Shown here piece after piece: positions 13,171 through 27,659 of a stretch of DNA of 64,000 nucleotides (the stretch's first letter is position 1; each line of letters starts with the position of its first letter). Source of the DNA: Eledone cirrhosa (taxonomy: Eukaryota); assembly GCA_964016885.1 (NCBI GenBank), contig OZ024750.1, forward strand, positions 50,282,001 through 50,346,000, given 5' to 3'. The notes under the pieces are model-generated. The model was not told where the DNA came from, ran no database searches, and saw only the letters and a list, made by a program, of their open reading frames with translations. Made by a program: the position numbers and the translations under genes.

Positions 13171-14008
13171 GAGGGTACTTGCAGAAACACGACAACAACA
13201 TACATAGGTGAGACAGCTCGTAGCATAGGTGAAAGGATAGACCAACACTGGGGGGAACTAAAAGGACGAAAAAACGGGTCAGTACTATACGAACATGCTA
13301 GACAACAACATGACGGTAACATAGACAACATAGAAATTAGAATAATATCTAAACATAGGAATGACCCAGCAGATAGGCAAATCAGAGAGGCCAGTGAAAT
13401 AGAAATTAGAAGACCAAAGCTAAACAGAAAGAATGAGTGGAACAACAACACCCAAACAAACAACACTGACCTAAGAGAAGTATAAATAAATAAGTAAATT
13501 AAATTAAATAAAATAAGATAAATAAATACATACACAAGCACATAAACACACACTAGTCACCCAGCAGACACAACACTATACACACTAGTCACACATCACA
13601 CATAACACTATACACACACGCAAACGCATGCGCAAAGAAGACAAAATAAAATAAGATAAACAAACAAGCAAATAAATAAATAAATATATAGACAGACTGA
13701 ACAAAAAAAAATGGCGTAGACATACAACACAACAGGAGGAACAATGAATATAACACCACTGACGATGTTGCAGATGTGCAACGAAAGATTTATGTAAATT
13801 ATGTAAACTATATATATATGTGTTTGTCTATATTGTATCTGTATTATTTTTGACCGCCGGTCAGTCAATGGCAACATTGAGGACCGAGTAAGTTAGATCG
13901 CAGATATATATATATAAAAGACAGCGAGAAGCGAAAACCAACCAAACAGTGAGTGTGTTCTGTTATTAATTCTGGCAATATTACGCAAATATGACCCTCC
14001 CCAAATAT

Positions 14009-14015
<7 letters not shown>
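13170..14015 (+). mobile_element. 3' end of a Penelope-like element (GIY-YIG endonuclease, 3' UTR, family A HHR and tail)
   Basis: YIGETARSIGERIDQH...SVLYEHARQQH...RQIREASEI...LNRKNEW stop at 13485, then HHR at 13753-13792 and the shared family A tail to ~14015. The RQI.EA/LN.K.EW pattern recalls Naiad-type PLEs (inference). Confidence 0.8.
13753..13792 (+). ncRNA. Hammerhead ribozyme motif, family A
   Basis: CTGACGA-T-GTTGCA GATG TGCAAC-GAAA. Confidence 0.65.
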
Positions 14016-14057
<42 letters not shown>

Positions 14058-14058
<1 letters not shown>

Positions 14059-14236
14059 CGGAGGAAATGTGGTAAGGAACCAGGTGGGCCATAACGCACC
14101 AAAGTACTCAATAGGGTAGTGGTGTGGGTATGAGGAACGAGTGGGACCCCGACGGCTGAGCTCAAGACGTTTCGACGGCTAATTCAGAATTAGCTGTCGT
14201 AACGGCTCGAGCTTAGCCGTCGGGGTCCTACTCGTT

Positions 14237-14240
<4 letters not shown>
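14058..14240. mobile_element. Family C element, fold-back dimer
   Basis: Palindromic junction cgtttc-gacggctaatt-cag-aattagctgtc-gtaacg with arms extending to ggaacgagt/actcgttcc. Confidence 0.7.
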
Positions 14241-14273
<33 letters not shown>

Positions 14274-15035
14274 TATTTTTCTTTTTTCTTTTCCTTTCAT
14301 ATTTTTTCTGTCATATTTCTTACATATTTTGTTTGACACGTTAAGCATGCTCCATTTTTTTTTTTGCTTAAGTGGTTGATAGCTTCTTAACCGCCGTCTC
14401 ACTTTCTATGGCCTTTATAACATATGTTTATTGCTCTGGTATCATTTGGTCCATGGAGCGCGTGGCAACACAAATCGGAAATTGACTTTTGCTCATTTCT
14501 ACCCGCCGAAATGCGATACTCGCTGAATTTATATTTATATATATACCGTTCTCATAACAACAACAAATGCATGAAGGTCTTCTAGATTGCATGGAAAGCC
14601 GTGGAAATAATTATAATGATTAAATGATATATGTAACCTCAGCATCATATTTGGTGCTATATATATATATATATATATTTGATAGTTTGTATAATTTTGT
14701 ATAATTTTGTACATAGATCTGTTGAATATGCATGCCAATTCTAACACATATATGTCCTAGAAACGATCGTTAAATAATGAACTTTTTTTGTTTAATATAA
14801 GGAACTGTTTCATTGTTTCATTCATTATTTTTTTAACATTCTATCTTGACTCTGTATTCCGTTTATCTTTCACCGAAAGTGATTTTTGAATGCATCTCTT
14901 CTTTCCATGATATCCGGATTACATTGAGTTCTTCATACGGATTGGACACTACCGTAAACTTTTCGTAGATTTATCTACATATATATATATATATATATAT
15001 ATGTAGATAAATCTACCAAAAGTTTACGGTAGTGT

Positions 15036-15323
<288 letters not shown>

Positions 15324-15329
15324 CAAGTG

Positions 15330-15545
15330 AAGGCGTGTGGCTGAGTGGTTAGAGAATTGGATTCGCAATCATAAGGTTGTGAGTTCGATTCCTGGACCAG
15401 GCGATGCGTTATGTCCTTGGGCAAGACACTTTATTTCACGTTGCTCCTTCTACCTGGAGTTGCGACCGATAGATAGTATTAGCAATTGGAAAGACCAACG
15501 GAAACATTGTTCCCTCGGTCCGATTTGACGAAAGTCGATCGACTC
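15330..15545 (+). mobile_element. tRNA-derived CORE-type SINE (octopus OR-like)
   Basis: A box tggctgagtgg, B box gagttcgattcc, then CORE-like tgtccttgggcaagacactt. Confidence 0.75.
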
Positions 15546-15659
15546 CTATATATATATATATATATACATAATTTACAAGGATTTTCGTATGAAATCGTGC
15601 GTTGAAACAAATATTGTTATATTTGGGGAGTGTCATGTTGATATAGTATTGCCGGAAAT

Positions 15660-16205
15660 AATAATTGTTTCTACGTTTGGCACAAGGCCAGCAATTAACC
15701 AGTGCATTACTGGTATTTCATCGACCCTGTATGGATGAAAGGCAAAGTTATTCTCGGCAGGATTTGCCAATCCACCGCCGGAAATAATAATGAAAGAAAT
15801 AAAAACCAAAAGGTGACTGTGTTTCATTGGATTGGCAGTATCGGTAGAGGGTCGGACGCCATGCTTTCCAGCATAGTTACGTCCCTTTACGATCTGAGTT
15901 CAAATCCCGCCAAGGTTGACTTTGCCTTTCATCCTTACGGGGTAGATAAAATAAAGTACCAGTAATGCACTGGGTAATTGCTGGCCTTGTGCCAAAAGTA
16001 GAAACAATTATTATTTCTAGTAGTGGATAGGGCAGTGGATTGGCAGTATCGGTAGAGGAGGGTCGGACGCCATGCGTGACTCATAGAGTTATGGCCCTTG
16101 TCATTCTGAGTTCAAATCCCGCCGAGGGATCGATAAAGTAAAGTACCAGTAATACACTGGGTAGTTGCTGGCCTTGTGCCAAAATTTGACGGAATTATTA
16201 TTTCT
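15660..16205. mobile_element. Cluster of three tRNA-derived SINEs (octopus OK-like): one minus, two plus
   Basis: gagttcaaatcccgcc B box, gcctttcatccttacgggg..gataaaataaagtaccag body and (ATT)n tail. Confidence 0.8.
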
Positions 16206-16315
16206 AGCAGTATTATAACAATGTGACCCTCCCCAAATATGACAATATATGTATGAATATCTGTATATACACACATACATGTAATGTAATTATGTATGTA
16301 TATATATACATGTAA

Positions 16316-16359
<44 letters not shown>

Positions 16360-16369
16360 GTATGCATGA

Positions 16370-16432
<63 letters not shown>

Positions 16433-16566
16433 AATATATATATATATATATTAAAGGTATATATTGAGTTAGGAAATCAATATAGTCCCTTACAACAAAA
16501 TAGCTCTAAGAAAGATATATTTCTGAGCCGTATATTATAATAGAATATAAAAGTAAAAACTAGCAC

Positions 16567-16628
<62 letters not shown>

Positions 16629-17050
16629 GTACGTATGGATTTACCGAACATTTATTTTAATATTCGGTGTGTTTGTAAACAAACAGCCGGAATTAAGCCG
16701 TACAGTGTTCAGCAACCATTGTTGCCCTTTTGTTCAACACTGACCAAGGAATGTTGAACTAGTTTCAAGCTTATTAGCTATCGTCAGCATCGTATACCTT
16801 CCTGTCAGATGATTGAACGTTTGAAAGTATATACTTCCCTTATGCATATTAACGGCTGAGCAGCCTAATTTGCATATCGGGTGAGTTAGTCGGCCGGTCG
16901 CACCGCAAACGATAAATGGAAAAAATGAAACGAAATGTCATTTCTCACTCTTAGTACGGGCGTTACTTAAATATAAGTATGTACACGTACATACATATAT
17001 GTATACAGACGTACAGTAGTATGTATATATATATACATACATTCACACAT

Positions 17051-17102
<52 letters not shown>

Positions 17103-17220
17103 GTATGGGTTTACCGAACATTTATTACAATGTTCGGTTTGTTCGTAAACAAACAGCCCGAATTAAGCCGTACAGTGTTCAGCAATCATCGTTGCCCTTT
17201 TCTTCAACAATGATAAAGGA

Positions 17221-17263
17221 ACGATGAACTAGTTTCAAGCTTATTAACTATCGTCAGCATCGT
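17221..17263 (-). ncRNA. Minimal hammerhead ribozyme, family D (intact)
   Basis: ACGATG-CTGACGA-T AGTT AATA AGCT T-GAAA-CTAG-TT-CATCGT: perfect 6-bp stem I, palindromic stem III ACUAGU, GUU site. Confidence 0.8.
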
Positions 17264-17531
17264 ATACCTTCCTCTCAGATGATTGAACGTTTGTATACAT
17301 ATATCTATGTACGTCTGTATACATATATGTATGTACGGGTACATACTTATATTGAAGAAACAGCCGTACTAAAAGTGAGAAATGAAATTTCGTTTCATTT
17401 TTTCCATTCACCGTTTTTGGGACGCCCCACCGACTAACTCACTCGATATGCGCAAATTAGGCTGCTCAGTCGTTAATATGCATAGGGAAAATATATACTT
17501 TCAAACGTTCAATCATCTGACAGGAAGGTAT

Positions 17532-17574
17532 ACGATGCTGACGATAGTTAATAAGCTTGAAACTAGTTCATCGT
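17532..17574 (+). ncRNA. Minimal hammerhead ribozyme, family D (intact)
   Basis: Identical to 17221-17263 on the opposite strand. Confidence 0.8.
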
Positions 17575-17785
17575 TCCTTTGTCAGTGTTTAACAAAAGGG
17601 CGACGGTGGTTGCTGAACACTGGACGGCTTAATTATAATAAATGTTCAGTAAACACATACGTACATATATATATGTGTGTGCATGTATGTATATTTATAC
17701 ATACTACTGTACGTCTGTATACATATATGTATGTACGTGTACATACTTATATATACATATATATATATAAATATACATATATACA

Positions 17786-18071
<286 letters not shown>

Positions 18072-18144
18072 AATATATACAAATATATATTTATCATTGA
18101 TTGACCAACGGTTAAAAATGCAGATATAAATATATATATATAGT

Positions 18145-18385
18145 GTATCAAATTCTTTCGTCACACATCTGCGACATCATCAGTGGTACTATTATGTTTC
18201 CTCACATTGATTGCCAGTTAAATTAACTCTGGAGATATGAAAGATACCGAAGCGAAAACCAACCGACGCCAAACAGTGCGTCTGTTCTGTTATTTTTAAT
18301 GCAATATTATAACAATATGAACCTCCCCAAGTATAACGATATTTTTTTCGACACACGATTTCATATCAAAAGCCTTGCAAAGCAA
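18145..18385. mobile_element. Family A element: HHR on minus strand (18145-18189) plus tail on plus strand
   Basis: GTACCA-CTGATGA-T-GTCGCA GATG TGTGAC-GAAA-GAATT-TGATAC; tail aagcgaaaaccaacc...ctccccaagtataac. Confidence 0.7.
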
Positions 18386-19729
18386 ATATATATATATATA
18401 TATATATCTGTGTATATACATATGATACTCTACCAATATATTGAGTATCTTTCTAACTGCAGTTACACCCCGATAGACATATATAAGTACACACACACAC
18501 ACACACACACACACTTATAGATATATAAATATGGGTAAAGGCTCGAATGGTCATGGGATTTACTCCTAGCTGGCTTTCATCGGAGGTACAAGCTTGAGCA
18601 TGCTGTTTTCCTGGACTAGCAGCAATTGCCTATTCATACCAGTTCCTCTATCTACGCGAAAGATAGTCAAATGGCCGTACTGCTCGGCAGCTTGGACGTC
18701 GGAACAGACATAAAATGACTTGCTGAAGGACACAGTGCAGAAGCCAGTCTGGGAACCCAATCACAGCCTCACCAACACTCTACCGACTAACATAGGTTTA
18801 TATGTTTAAACGAAAAACATTAAATACATGCTGTATAATTATTGTCTATTAATACAAAGTTGGTGATTCAATACATTTTAACACATGTAACATATGTGAA
18901 TGATGCCGCGACTACTTTATAGTTCACTATATAATTTAATATATGAAAGATCTATCAATGAATCATATTCTTAGGTGAACTATACTGTTATGTTCTAATA
19001 TACTGATACTGTTCACAGATTTCTTTCTTTACAAACACATATTACGCTTTACTTTATGTGGAAGGGGCCTCCGGCTTTTGCACTTGTTTTATCAAGATAA
19101 CAACATGCGCTAAAATTAAGGTGACTGCGCGTTCCGCAGACACGTTTAACTTTAACATAATTGTAAGAGAGATTCAGTGCTACTCAGCAAGGGACAAATT
19201 GGAATATTCTTCATTTAAAGCAGTTTCTGTTAAGTTAATTTCACCCATAAGGCGTGGATCGACTCGAGGCTAGGGACAATGACACTTGGCGAAGTTTAAA
19301 AGCATAGTGATCGAAAATGGCGTCGAACAATTGCGAAGTATACTTCTTAGTCATTCGCCCATGTTCAAGATTTGTAAAGTATCCTTCAAGTTTAATTCAG
19401 AACTATCTCACCTTTTAATTCATTCACTATCACTAATTGATACCACATGTTTTGTTTCGAATGCACGTGTATGGATGCGTATGTATGCATCTTTATGTGA
19501 ACACGCGCGTGTGTGTGTTTGTGATAGTGTAAAATATATATGCATTTATTATAAATTTCATATTTTAAACCCTTTTTGTACAATAATATCCACATAGTTA
19601 TCTATTGATATATACATACGCACGCATATATATATATATATATATATATATAATGTAATAAACAACATAAGGCAATTATTTACACACACACATATATATA
19701 TATATATACATATATATATTTATATATAT

Positions 19730-19788
<59 letters not shown>

Positions 19789-20539
19789 CCATGCAATTAT
19801 GGAAAAAAACAGATGTTAGCCAATAATATATATATATATTTATATATATATATATATATATATATAAATATATTCCTATTTACTTTTCTACACCTGCTTT
19901 CTTCCACTTCAGTCGATATTTCTATAGCTTAACTGATGCTTTCTACCGTGCACTAACATTATTATTTATTTATTCAGTTTTCAAGCTTATAGATCTACCT
20001 TCTTTTTTTTTTCTCTCAGAAAGTTAGAAATAAGGGGAAATAATACTCTGCCAACAAGTCAACTACTTAAAGTAGAAGAAACCAAAAGACCCAAAACAAT
20101 AGAAATTTCATGCATAAAAGAAATAATATATATATTTTATAGTTGTTTTCTTTCTCAATTTATTATTACTATTCTTGTTGCTATTACTATTGTTGTTGTT
20201 ATTATTATTGTTGTTATGTTTTTGATGATTTCGTTAGTTTTCTCATGTATATCTTAGTTCTAAGAAACATAGATACGTGTGCCAAAAGATAAAACCAATA
20301 GAACGTTATAGAATAAGTGAATATATAGGTAGAAAAAGAGATAGATAGATGTAGGTAATAAGCGAGAAGATTAGTTCTACGCCAACATCTATGTCCTTCT
20401 ATTCTTTTGGGCTTTTTCCTATTATTCTTGTCTTTTTACTGTTGCTTTTCTTTTCTTTTCGTTTTGTTTTGTTTTTCCTCTCCCTTTCATAGGAAAATGA
20501 AGTAATACTGACAAACAGCAATAGCAAGCCAATAATAAT

Positions 20540-21435
20540 TCTTTCTAACATTGGCACGAGGCCAGCAATTTAGGAGAAAGGAAAACTCGATTATAATGAC
20601 CCTCAGTAAATGACTGGTACATTATTATGTCGACCACAGAAGGATAAATGGCAAAGCCGTTCTCGGCTGTATTAGAACTCAGAACAGAGTAACTCGTAAC
20701 TAAATGACGCGATCCATTTTGTCCGACGCTCTACGGATTCTGCCAATTCACCGCCCTTGATAATGGGTTCTGATGTAGGCACAAGGCCAACAATTTAGGT
20801 GGAGGGAAATATCGATTAAATCGACCTCAGTGCATTACTGGTACTTTATTTGGGATTTGAACTAACAACGTATATAGCCGTAACTGTATGCGGATAAGAA
20901 TGTTATCCGGCGATCTACCGATACAGTCAATCGACCAGCCTTGATAGTAATGAGAACCTCCGTCGTTTGAAATGAGGAATGTTCCAGTTGATTCAATAAA
21001 CATAACTGCTTGCTCCTTAAATTAACGCGTAAGTGGCCGAGCACTCGTAACGTAGCTCTCAGGCAGATTCAACCTGACTCTGTGTGACAAGGTTAACTCG
21101 TTAATTACAGGTACAACACATTTATGCTAGCTGGTTGGACCACAGCAACGTGACAACAAATGAAGTGTCTTGCTCAAGAACACAACGGGCATCTTCGTCC
21201 GTGAATCGAAAATATGATCTTATGGTCGTATTCCGAACAACCGAATCACTCAGCCCTGTGCCTTCAGAAATAATAATAATTGTTTCTACTTTTGGCGCAA
21301 GTACATTACTGGTACTTTATTTTATCGACCCAGTAAGGATGAAAGGCAAAGTTAACCTCGGCGAGATTTGAACTCAGTCCGTAAAGGAACGTGACTATGG
21401 TGGGAAGCACGGCGTCCGACTCTCTACCGATACGC
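20540..21435 (-). mobile_element. Cluster of decayed OK-like and OR-like SINEs
   Basis: Reverse complements of SINE motifs (ctggtactttat, ggatgaaaggcaaagttaacctcggcg, gtgtcttgctcaagaacacaac). Confidence 0.65.
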
Positions 21436-22965
21436 TAGTTAGAATCCACCTATCTTGCAGATGAATGAGTAGGCTTAATAAAATTTGATATTTTACTTAT
21501 GGACTCGAGTGGCTGAAATGCAAAATTGATCTTAGAGTAGAGAAATTGTGAAGAAATAACAGGATTCGTTCTATCGGATCGTGTCACTGTTTAATACACT
21601 TTTAAAATACTGATAACAGAATTGTAACCAGAACAAATGTGAATAAGATACAACATATCAGTGCTCTGAAATAGAAAATGCCATAGATCGCAACACTTCC
21701 GATACATTTTGAAAACCAACTTGTGTCAAACACAGAAATAGAAGGCGTAGAAGAAAGACTATGCAATGAAAATAGATACAAAGAAACATTGAGAGCATAA
21801 ACAAGGATGATACACTTGGCACAAATAATAACAAATCACAAGGTAAAACCTAAACCACATACAGGATAGAAAGGAAAGAAAAGAAAGGTCGCTTAACTCT
21901 TGTTGGAAACGTAGAGGTACCATTTAAACCTAGAAGACCGCTCCCCACTGAACGGCCAAGTCTGAACGCAACCGATTTCGTGTACAGAAAGAGAACGATA
22001 GTGTAAGAAAGCCCTAAATAGATATAGAGGAAGAGTGGGCCACATTACTGGACTGCTTTATTATTTATCGATTTTGAAAAGATGAAGTACAAAGGAGAAC
22101 TCGTTGGGATTTCATCTCAAGGCATAGTGATCGGGAACAAATACCACGGCATTTAATGAATGCCTTATCTACATAATACTCTCTAACAAAGATTGAAACA
22201 GAAGCAGGTACAACATTATGAATGGTAGGATAAATGCGATATTTTAAAGAATGCATGCAACAGAAACCTCTACTATTAATATAAATCTATTGAGGGTCAA
22301 CGAGACACAATGAGTCACGAATCTGGTTCTTTGAATTACTAATATATCCGGTGGGTTTCCATAGAGTTTCCATATATTCCATTTCCTGCATAAGGCTCTG
22401 GAAAATACATGACAACGTTAGATGACATTTGACTATGTGAGATTGAACCGGTGAACTAATTATTTCAAAAGGAGCTTCGTAAACAATCGGCTATGCTATG
22501 TTCAGAATGAAGTATTAAAAAATTAGGCGCGAATGCGTTTAAAATCTGAACAATCGCCGGAAGCAATATTAATTCAAAATGGCGTTCGGACGTTAAGAAA
22601 GTGTAGAAGCAAAAGACAGCAAAATATGAATAATTTCTCAACATTAATTTGAAATAACAGAAGCACTTGAATCTAATATCTAAACCCAACAGAAGCAACA
22701 CCTAAATCATTCGGCGTGAGGAAAACCACCCGAATCAGAAGGAATAAAAAGTATGTAGTAGAAAAAACGGAGAACTACAAGAAGGTTTAATATGATATTA
22801 TGTTAATAGGTTAATACAATGTGTTAATATCTTAACCCTCACAACACTCAGATTCCGATTTCTATTAGACACATATCGATTGTTCTAGGGTGACAGGAAG
22901 CTCAGATTAGCTACGGAAGGAAACCTAGATTTAAGATATATGAACCGACGCATACACACGCACCG

Positions 22966-23008
<43 letters not shown>

Positions 23009-23009
<1 letters not shown>

Positions 23010-23062
23010 TGCCTGATGAGGTCATAGCCATTCACTGGCTATTATCGAAATATATATAGCAG
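23009..23062 (+). ncRNA. Hammerhead ribozyme with 11-bp stem II
   Basis: TGC-CTGATGA-GGTCATAGCCA TTCAC TGGCTATTATC-GAAA-TATATA-TA-GCA. Palindromic AT stem III, AUA site. Confidence 0.7.
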
Positions 23063-23115
23063 TAAATAAAGGATTATGAGTTCATGCAATTGACTTATGT
23101 TTCGTCACTATATAT

Positions 23116-23194
<79 letters not shown>

Positions 23195-23197
<3 letters not shown>

Positions 23198-23307
23198 GTT
23201 TCTACTTTAGGCACAAGGCCAGCAAATACCCAGTGCATTACTGGTACTTTATTTTATCGACCCCGTAAGGATGAAAGGCAAAGTCAACCTCGGCGGGACT
23301 TGAACTC

Positions 23308-23310
<3 letters not shown>
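23195..23310 (-). mobile_element. OK-like SINE 3' part in (TA)n
   Basis: cattactggtactttattttatcgaccccgtaaggatgaaaggcaaagtcaacctcggcgggacttgaactc. Confidence 0.8.
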
Positions 23311-23380
<70 letters not shown>

Positions 23381-24141
23381 GTTAGAAGGTAAGGCGATAT
23401 ATATATATATATATAATGTTAGAAGGTAAGGCGATATATATATATATATATAATGTTAGAAGGTAAGGCGACACAAACAAGAGATGGACAGTTTCCATTC
23501 GTCAGTTGTTTACTACGGATCACGGATGTTTCGGCGCATTATAAACAATACATCTATCGGTAGCGCGCCCTAAGGCTTTTATCTATCACAAAGCCATTAG
23601 GAAAAGAAACGATAGCAAAGAGAGAGAAAGAAAAGAAAAAAGGGAGAATAATAAAAGGGAGAAAGAAGTAAACATACCGATAGAAGGGGGAACACGGGAC
23701 AATGTCACATGTAACTGAGTAACCGAGAAGAAGAATATATATATATATATAAACACCTTTATGTATTTGTTCTGCAAGATTCTTGATGTGAAATCGTATG
23801 TTGAAACCGACATTGATATAGGGGAAGATCCTGATGCCAATATTATCAATAGAAGCAAACACATGCACCATGCAATTTTCACTTTATCTTTTTTGCTCGT
23901 TATTCATCCGTTTTTCGACTTTTTTTCTTCATACATTTTGTGACCTCTTCATTGGCTATCTGTTTGTTAACTCCTCTTTCTGGTCTTAAATGTCTAATCT
24001 ATTTGGTCAAATCTATTGTCTAGCAAGTTGAAATATCAAGACTGGAATTATTTCAATTTTCTCTGATGAAAATTATTTTGATCAGGACCAAACGGGCAAT
24101 CGAGGAAATGACAGATGATTAAACAGTGACCCTAACTATGT

Positions 24142-24225
24142 AATGCACACAAGGACATGCAGACAAGGTCATGCACACAAGGTCACGCACTCAAGCTAAT
24201 GCACACAAGGTAAAGCAGACAATGT
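24142..24225. repeat. 14-bp minisatellite, ~6 copies
   Basis: Consensus catgcacacaaggt. Confidence 0.7.
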
Positions 24226-24439
24226 TTTCGGCATATGTGAGCAATGAGTGAGGTGTCGTACCTCCCTGCTCACATCTTTCTTCACGTTTTTCCTGAGAGG
24301 TTAAGGTTCACTGCTAAAAATCATAAAGGGGTGAAGTTGAGTGAGGGATATGAGGCCTTGGATAGAGAGCAGGGGAAAAGGAAGACAGTAAACCTGGCAA
24401 CATGACTCAGCACTGTCACATGAGCGCAATCTTCACTAT

Positions 24440-24760
24440 CACGTCCCCCAAACATATTGCCTCTAAGCTCTCCAGACCTGAATCCATTGAACTGCTACGC
24501 CCCGTCATAGAAAAGAGTAAATTCAATCAACACCCCTTAACACTATAAAATGTCTAAAGTCAGCCATAACTAGCACAATGTCCAAAAGAGATAACCATCA
24601 TCTGACTCGGGCATGTCAACGTATCGAAGCATACATCGATGTTAACAGCATCAACATTATTCATGCAATTTCTTAAGTAAAAAGGGTCTTTTTCAATGAC
24701 TTAACCGTCTCATCTAAACTCAGGAAAATGTTTTCAAAGAACACTAATTAACCCTATATA
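24440..24760 (+). mobile_element. Very decayed Tc1/mariner transposase 3' fragment
   Basis: agctctccagacctgaatccattg encodes SSPDLNPL, the WPP.SPDLNP motif. Confidence 0.45.
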
Positions 24761-24799
24761 CTTGTGTAGAATTCCGTCATATATATATATACATATATC

Positions 24800-25105
24800 A
24801 GAAAATGAGGTTTTGAGGGGTTTTTTAGTGAAAAATATGAGATGTCCTACACGAGTGAAAATATTAGGAATGGAAATCGAAAATGCTACTAGAGTTTTTT
24901 AAGAATATTTATTTATTTCCTTTACCGGTTGCACAGTTCTCATGGTTTTCGAAAGTCGAATTGACATGTAGGTTTTGTGATTTTAAAGACCACAAATCCT
25001 CCATATCAATACTACTTTTGAAAACCATAAGAAATGTGAAACGGGTACAGGAAACAAATAAATAATCTTAAAAAGACTTCAGTTGCATTTTCGTTTTCTT
25101 TTTCT

Positions 25106-25108
<3 letters not shown>
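24800..25108 (-). mobile_element. Family B element, diverged, with a short inverted end
   Basis: Similar to 35-250, with a decayed HHR ~24918-24957. 25068-25105 is an inverted copy of the tail. Confidence 0.6.
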
Positions 25109-25145
<37 letters not shown>

Positions 25146-25901
25146 CTATATATAGTATATACTATGTATACTATATACCATATATACATAGGATTCTACA
25201 CAAATCTCACCCACAAGACGTTGGTCGAAACGAAACTATAGTAAAAGAGTAGACGGTACTTGCTCAATAACCGATGCAGTGGGATAATATCTGAAACCAT
25301 ATTATAAAACCCATCAGCTAACCACATGGCCCCGTCTTACTGAGTTCCACATGGAACTGCCTTATATATACGTATTATATTATAAACTTAGAATGTTCAT
25401 GCAATTCGAAAAAGCGAATACTGAAAAATGCCGGAGTTGTTTGTTTCTTTCTTCTTCTTTTTCCAAATTAATTCAGCTATTTTGCAGAATTTATTAAAGT
25501 ATTGATATCTCAATACGATGGAAATACCTCTATTGAAACTTTAGAATACTATTTCTTGTAAAGAATGTTGAAAAATAATTATCTACTAATACTGCTTTTA
25601 GGCTATGTTGTTACTGAAAGTGGACAGCGATTAAATCTTTTAGAAAACATTAAATATAAAAGAGAGACGGTTCTTTTAATTAATTACTGTCTTAAATAAG
25701 AAATAAAAAAAATAGGAAAACATGCTTTTGGCATATCTTTTTCAGTTTTCAAAGAGTGCGTATTGGTTACATAACTATACGATTACGTCATAAATTCCAT
25801 TCCCGGCTGTTGGCGTACACTATTATCCTATTGAAACCGATACACACGTACGCACACACACGCAACACACATATATATACATATATTTGTGTGTGTGTGT
25901 C

Positions 25902-25932
<31 letters not shown>

Positions 25933-25940
25933 TTATATAC

Positions 25941-25978
<38 letters not shown>

Positions 25979-26311
25979 ATGTATGTATATTATGAATACA
26001 AGTAAGTATAATGCAAATTATGTAATAGGGTAGTAGTCACTGGAAAGTAATATAGAAACCTCGAAATATGATGGCTGCAGCCTGATGGGATCCGCCGTCC
26101 TCAAATGTCTAATTCGGGCAATTTAGATGTTGTATTTCTAGGAGGGGTGGAGTATGGTTTTCAAAGACAGGCTTGTATTTCCCTCATTGGTTGTGCAGCA
26201 TGTGTCGAGATGATGGGGCCGATTGAAGGATTGCTTGTGTTTGCTTAATTTCTGGGAGCGCAAGGGATATATATAGGTGTGTTTACTTTCTTTTTAAGAC
26301 AATTAACTTTA

Positions 26312-26371
<60 letters not shown>

Positions 26372-26959
26372 AATGGAAGATCAGCATAATCGAAGCTCTG
26401 TCAGCAGCTATGCTAACGAATGCAATCGGAATATGCAGCTAAGCACTCAATAAGGTATTTTACCTTAGACAGCTTGGCAAATTGAAGACTGCGACCGGTA
26501 AACCAGCCGCAAGGACCAAAGAAACGAGACAACCAACTCAGAATATTTTGACAAACCTGGACCAGCGCGTCGATATTAAGCAATATCTCCGGTAGGTTTC
26601 TGTGAAGCCGAAACCAACAAATCCGGATGCAGGGTATGCAAGTTATTGGTTTTGGAAAATCGAACAGATGGTTCACTTTCTCAATAGGATTCAGATCTAT
26701 GCCGCAGTCCGGTGTGAATTATAGCAATAAACTGCTGGCGGTCACGTAGTTTTCCCAAAGGGAGGTAACCCCCGGTCTTTGGCGGTGGGAATTTCAATTT
26801 TGAACAAAGGAATAAATTCCTTTCCACGAACCGAATAACTCTGGAGGTGGGCCGTATATGTATATATATATATATATATTATATAGTTTTCATTTATATG
26901 CATTCTTTGCCCCAATACCTGTATAAATATATATATACTCGTTCCTATATATATGGTAA

Positions 26960-27654
<695 letters not shown>

Positions 27655-27659
27655 GCACA

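Larger units (their letters stand above)
16625..17760. mobile_element. Family D retrozyme-like element: tandem units on minus strand plus an inverted unit on plus strand
   Basis: HHRs at 16751-16793 (-), 17221-17263 (-) and 17532-17574 (+). The two minus-strand HHRs are 470 nt apart in direct repeats. Confidence 0.8.

Noticed and set aside
15330-15410. tRNA-like sequence
   Set aside because: It is the head of a SINE, continuing into a CORE-like domain, with no complete cloverleaf.
23490-23580. Minus-strand GGCGC...GCGCC-GAAAC possible HHR
   Set aside because: No CTGANGA core in the right position.
24055-24110. CTGATGA...CAAACG possible HHR
   Set aside because: No convincing stem II and no GAAA; too decayed to call.
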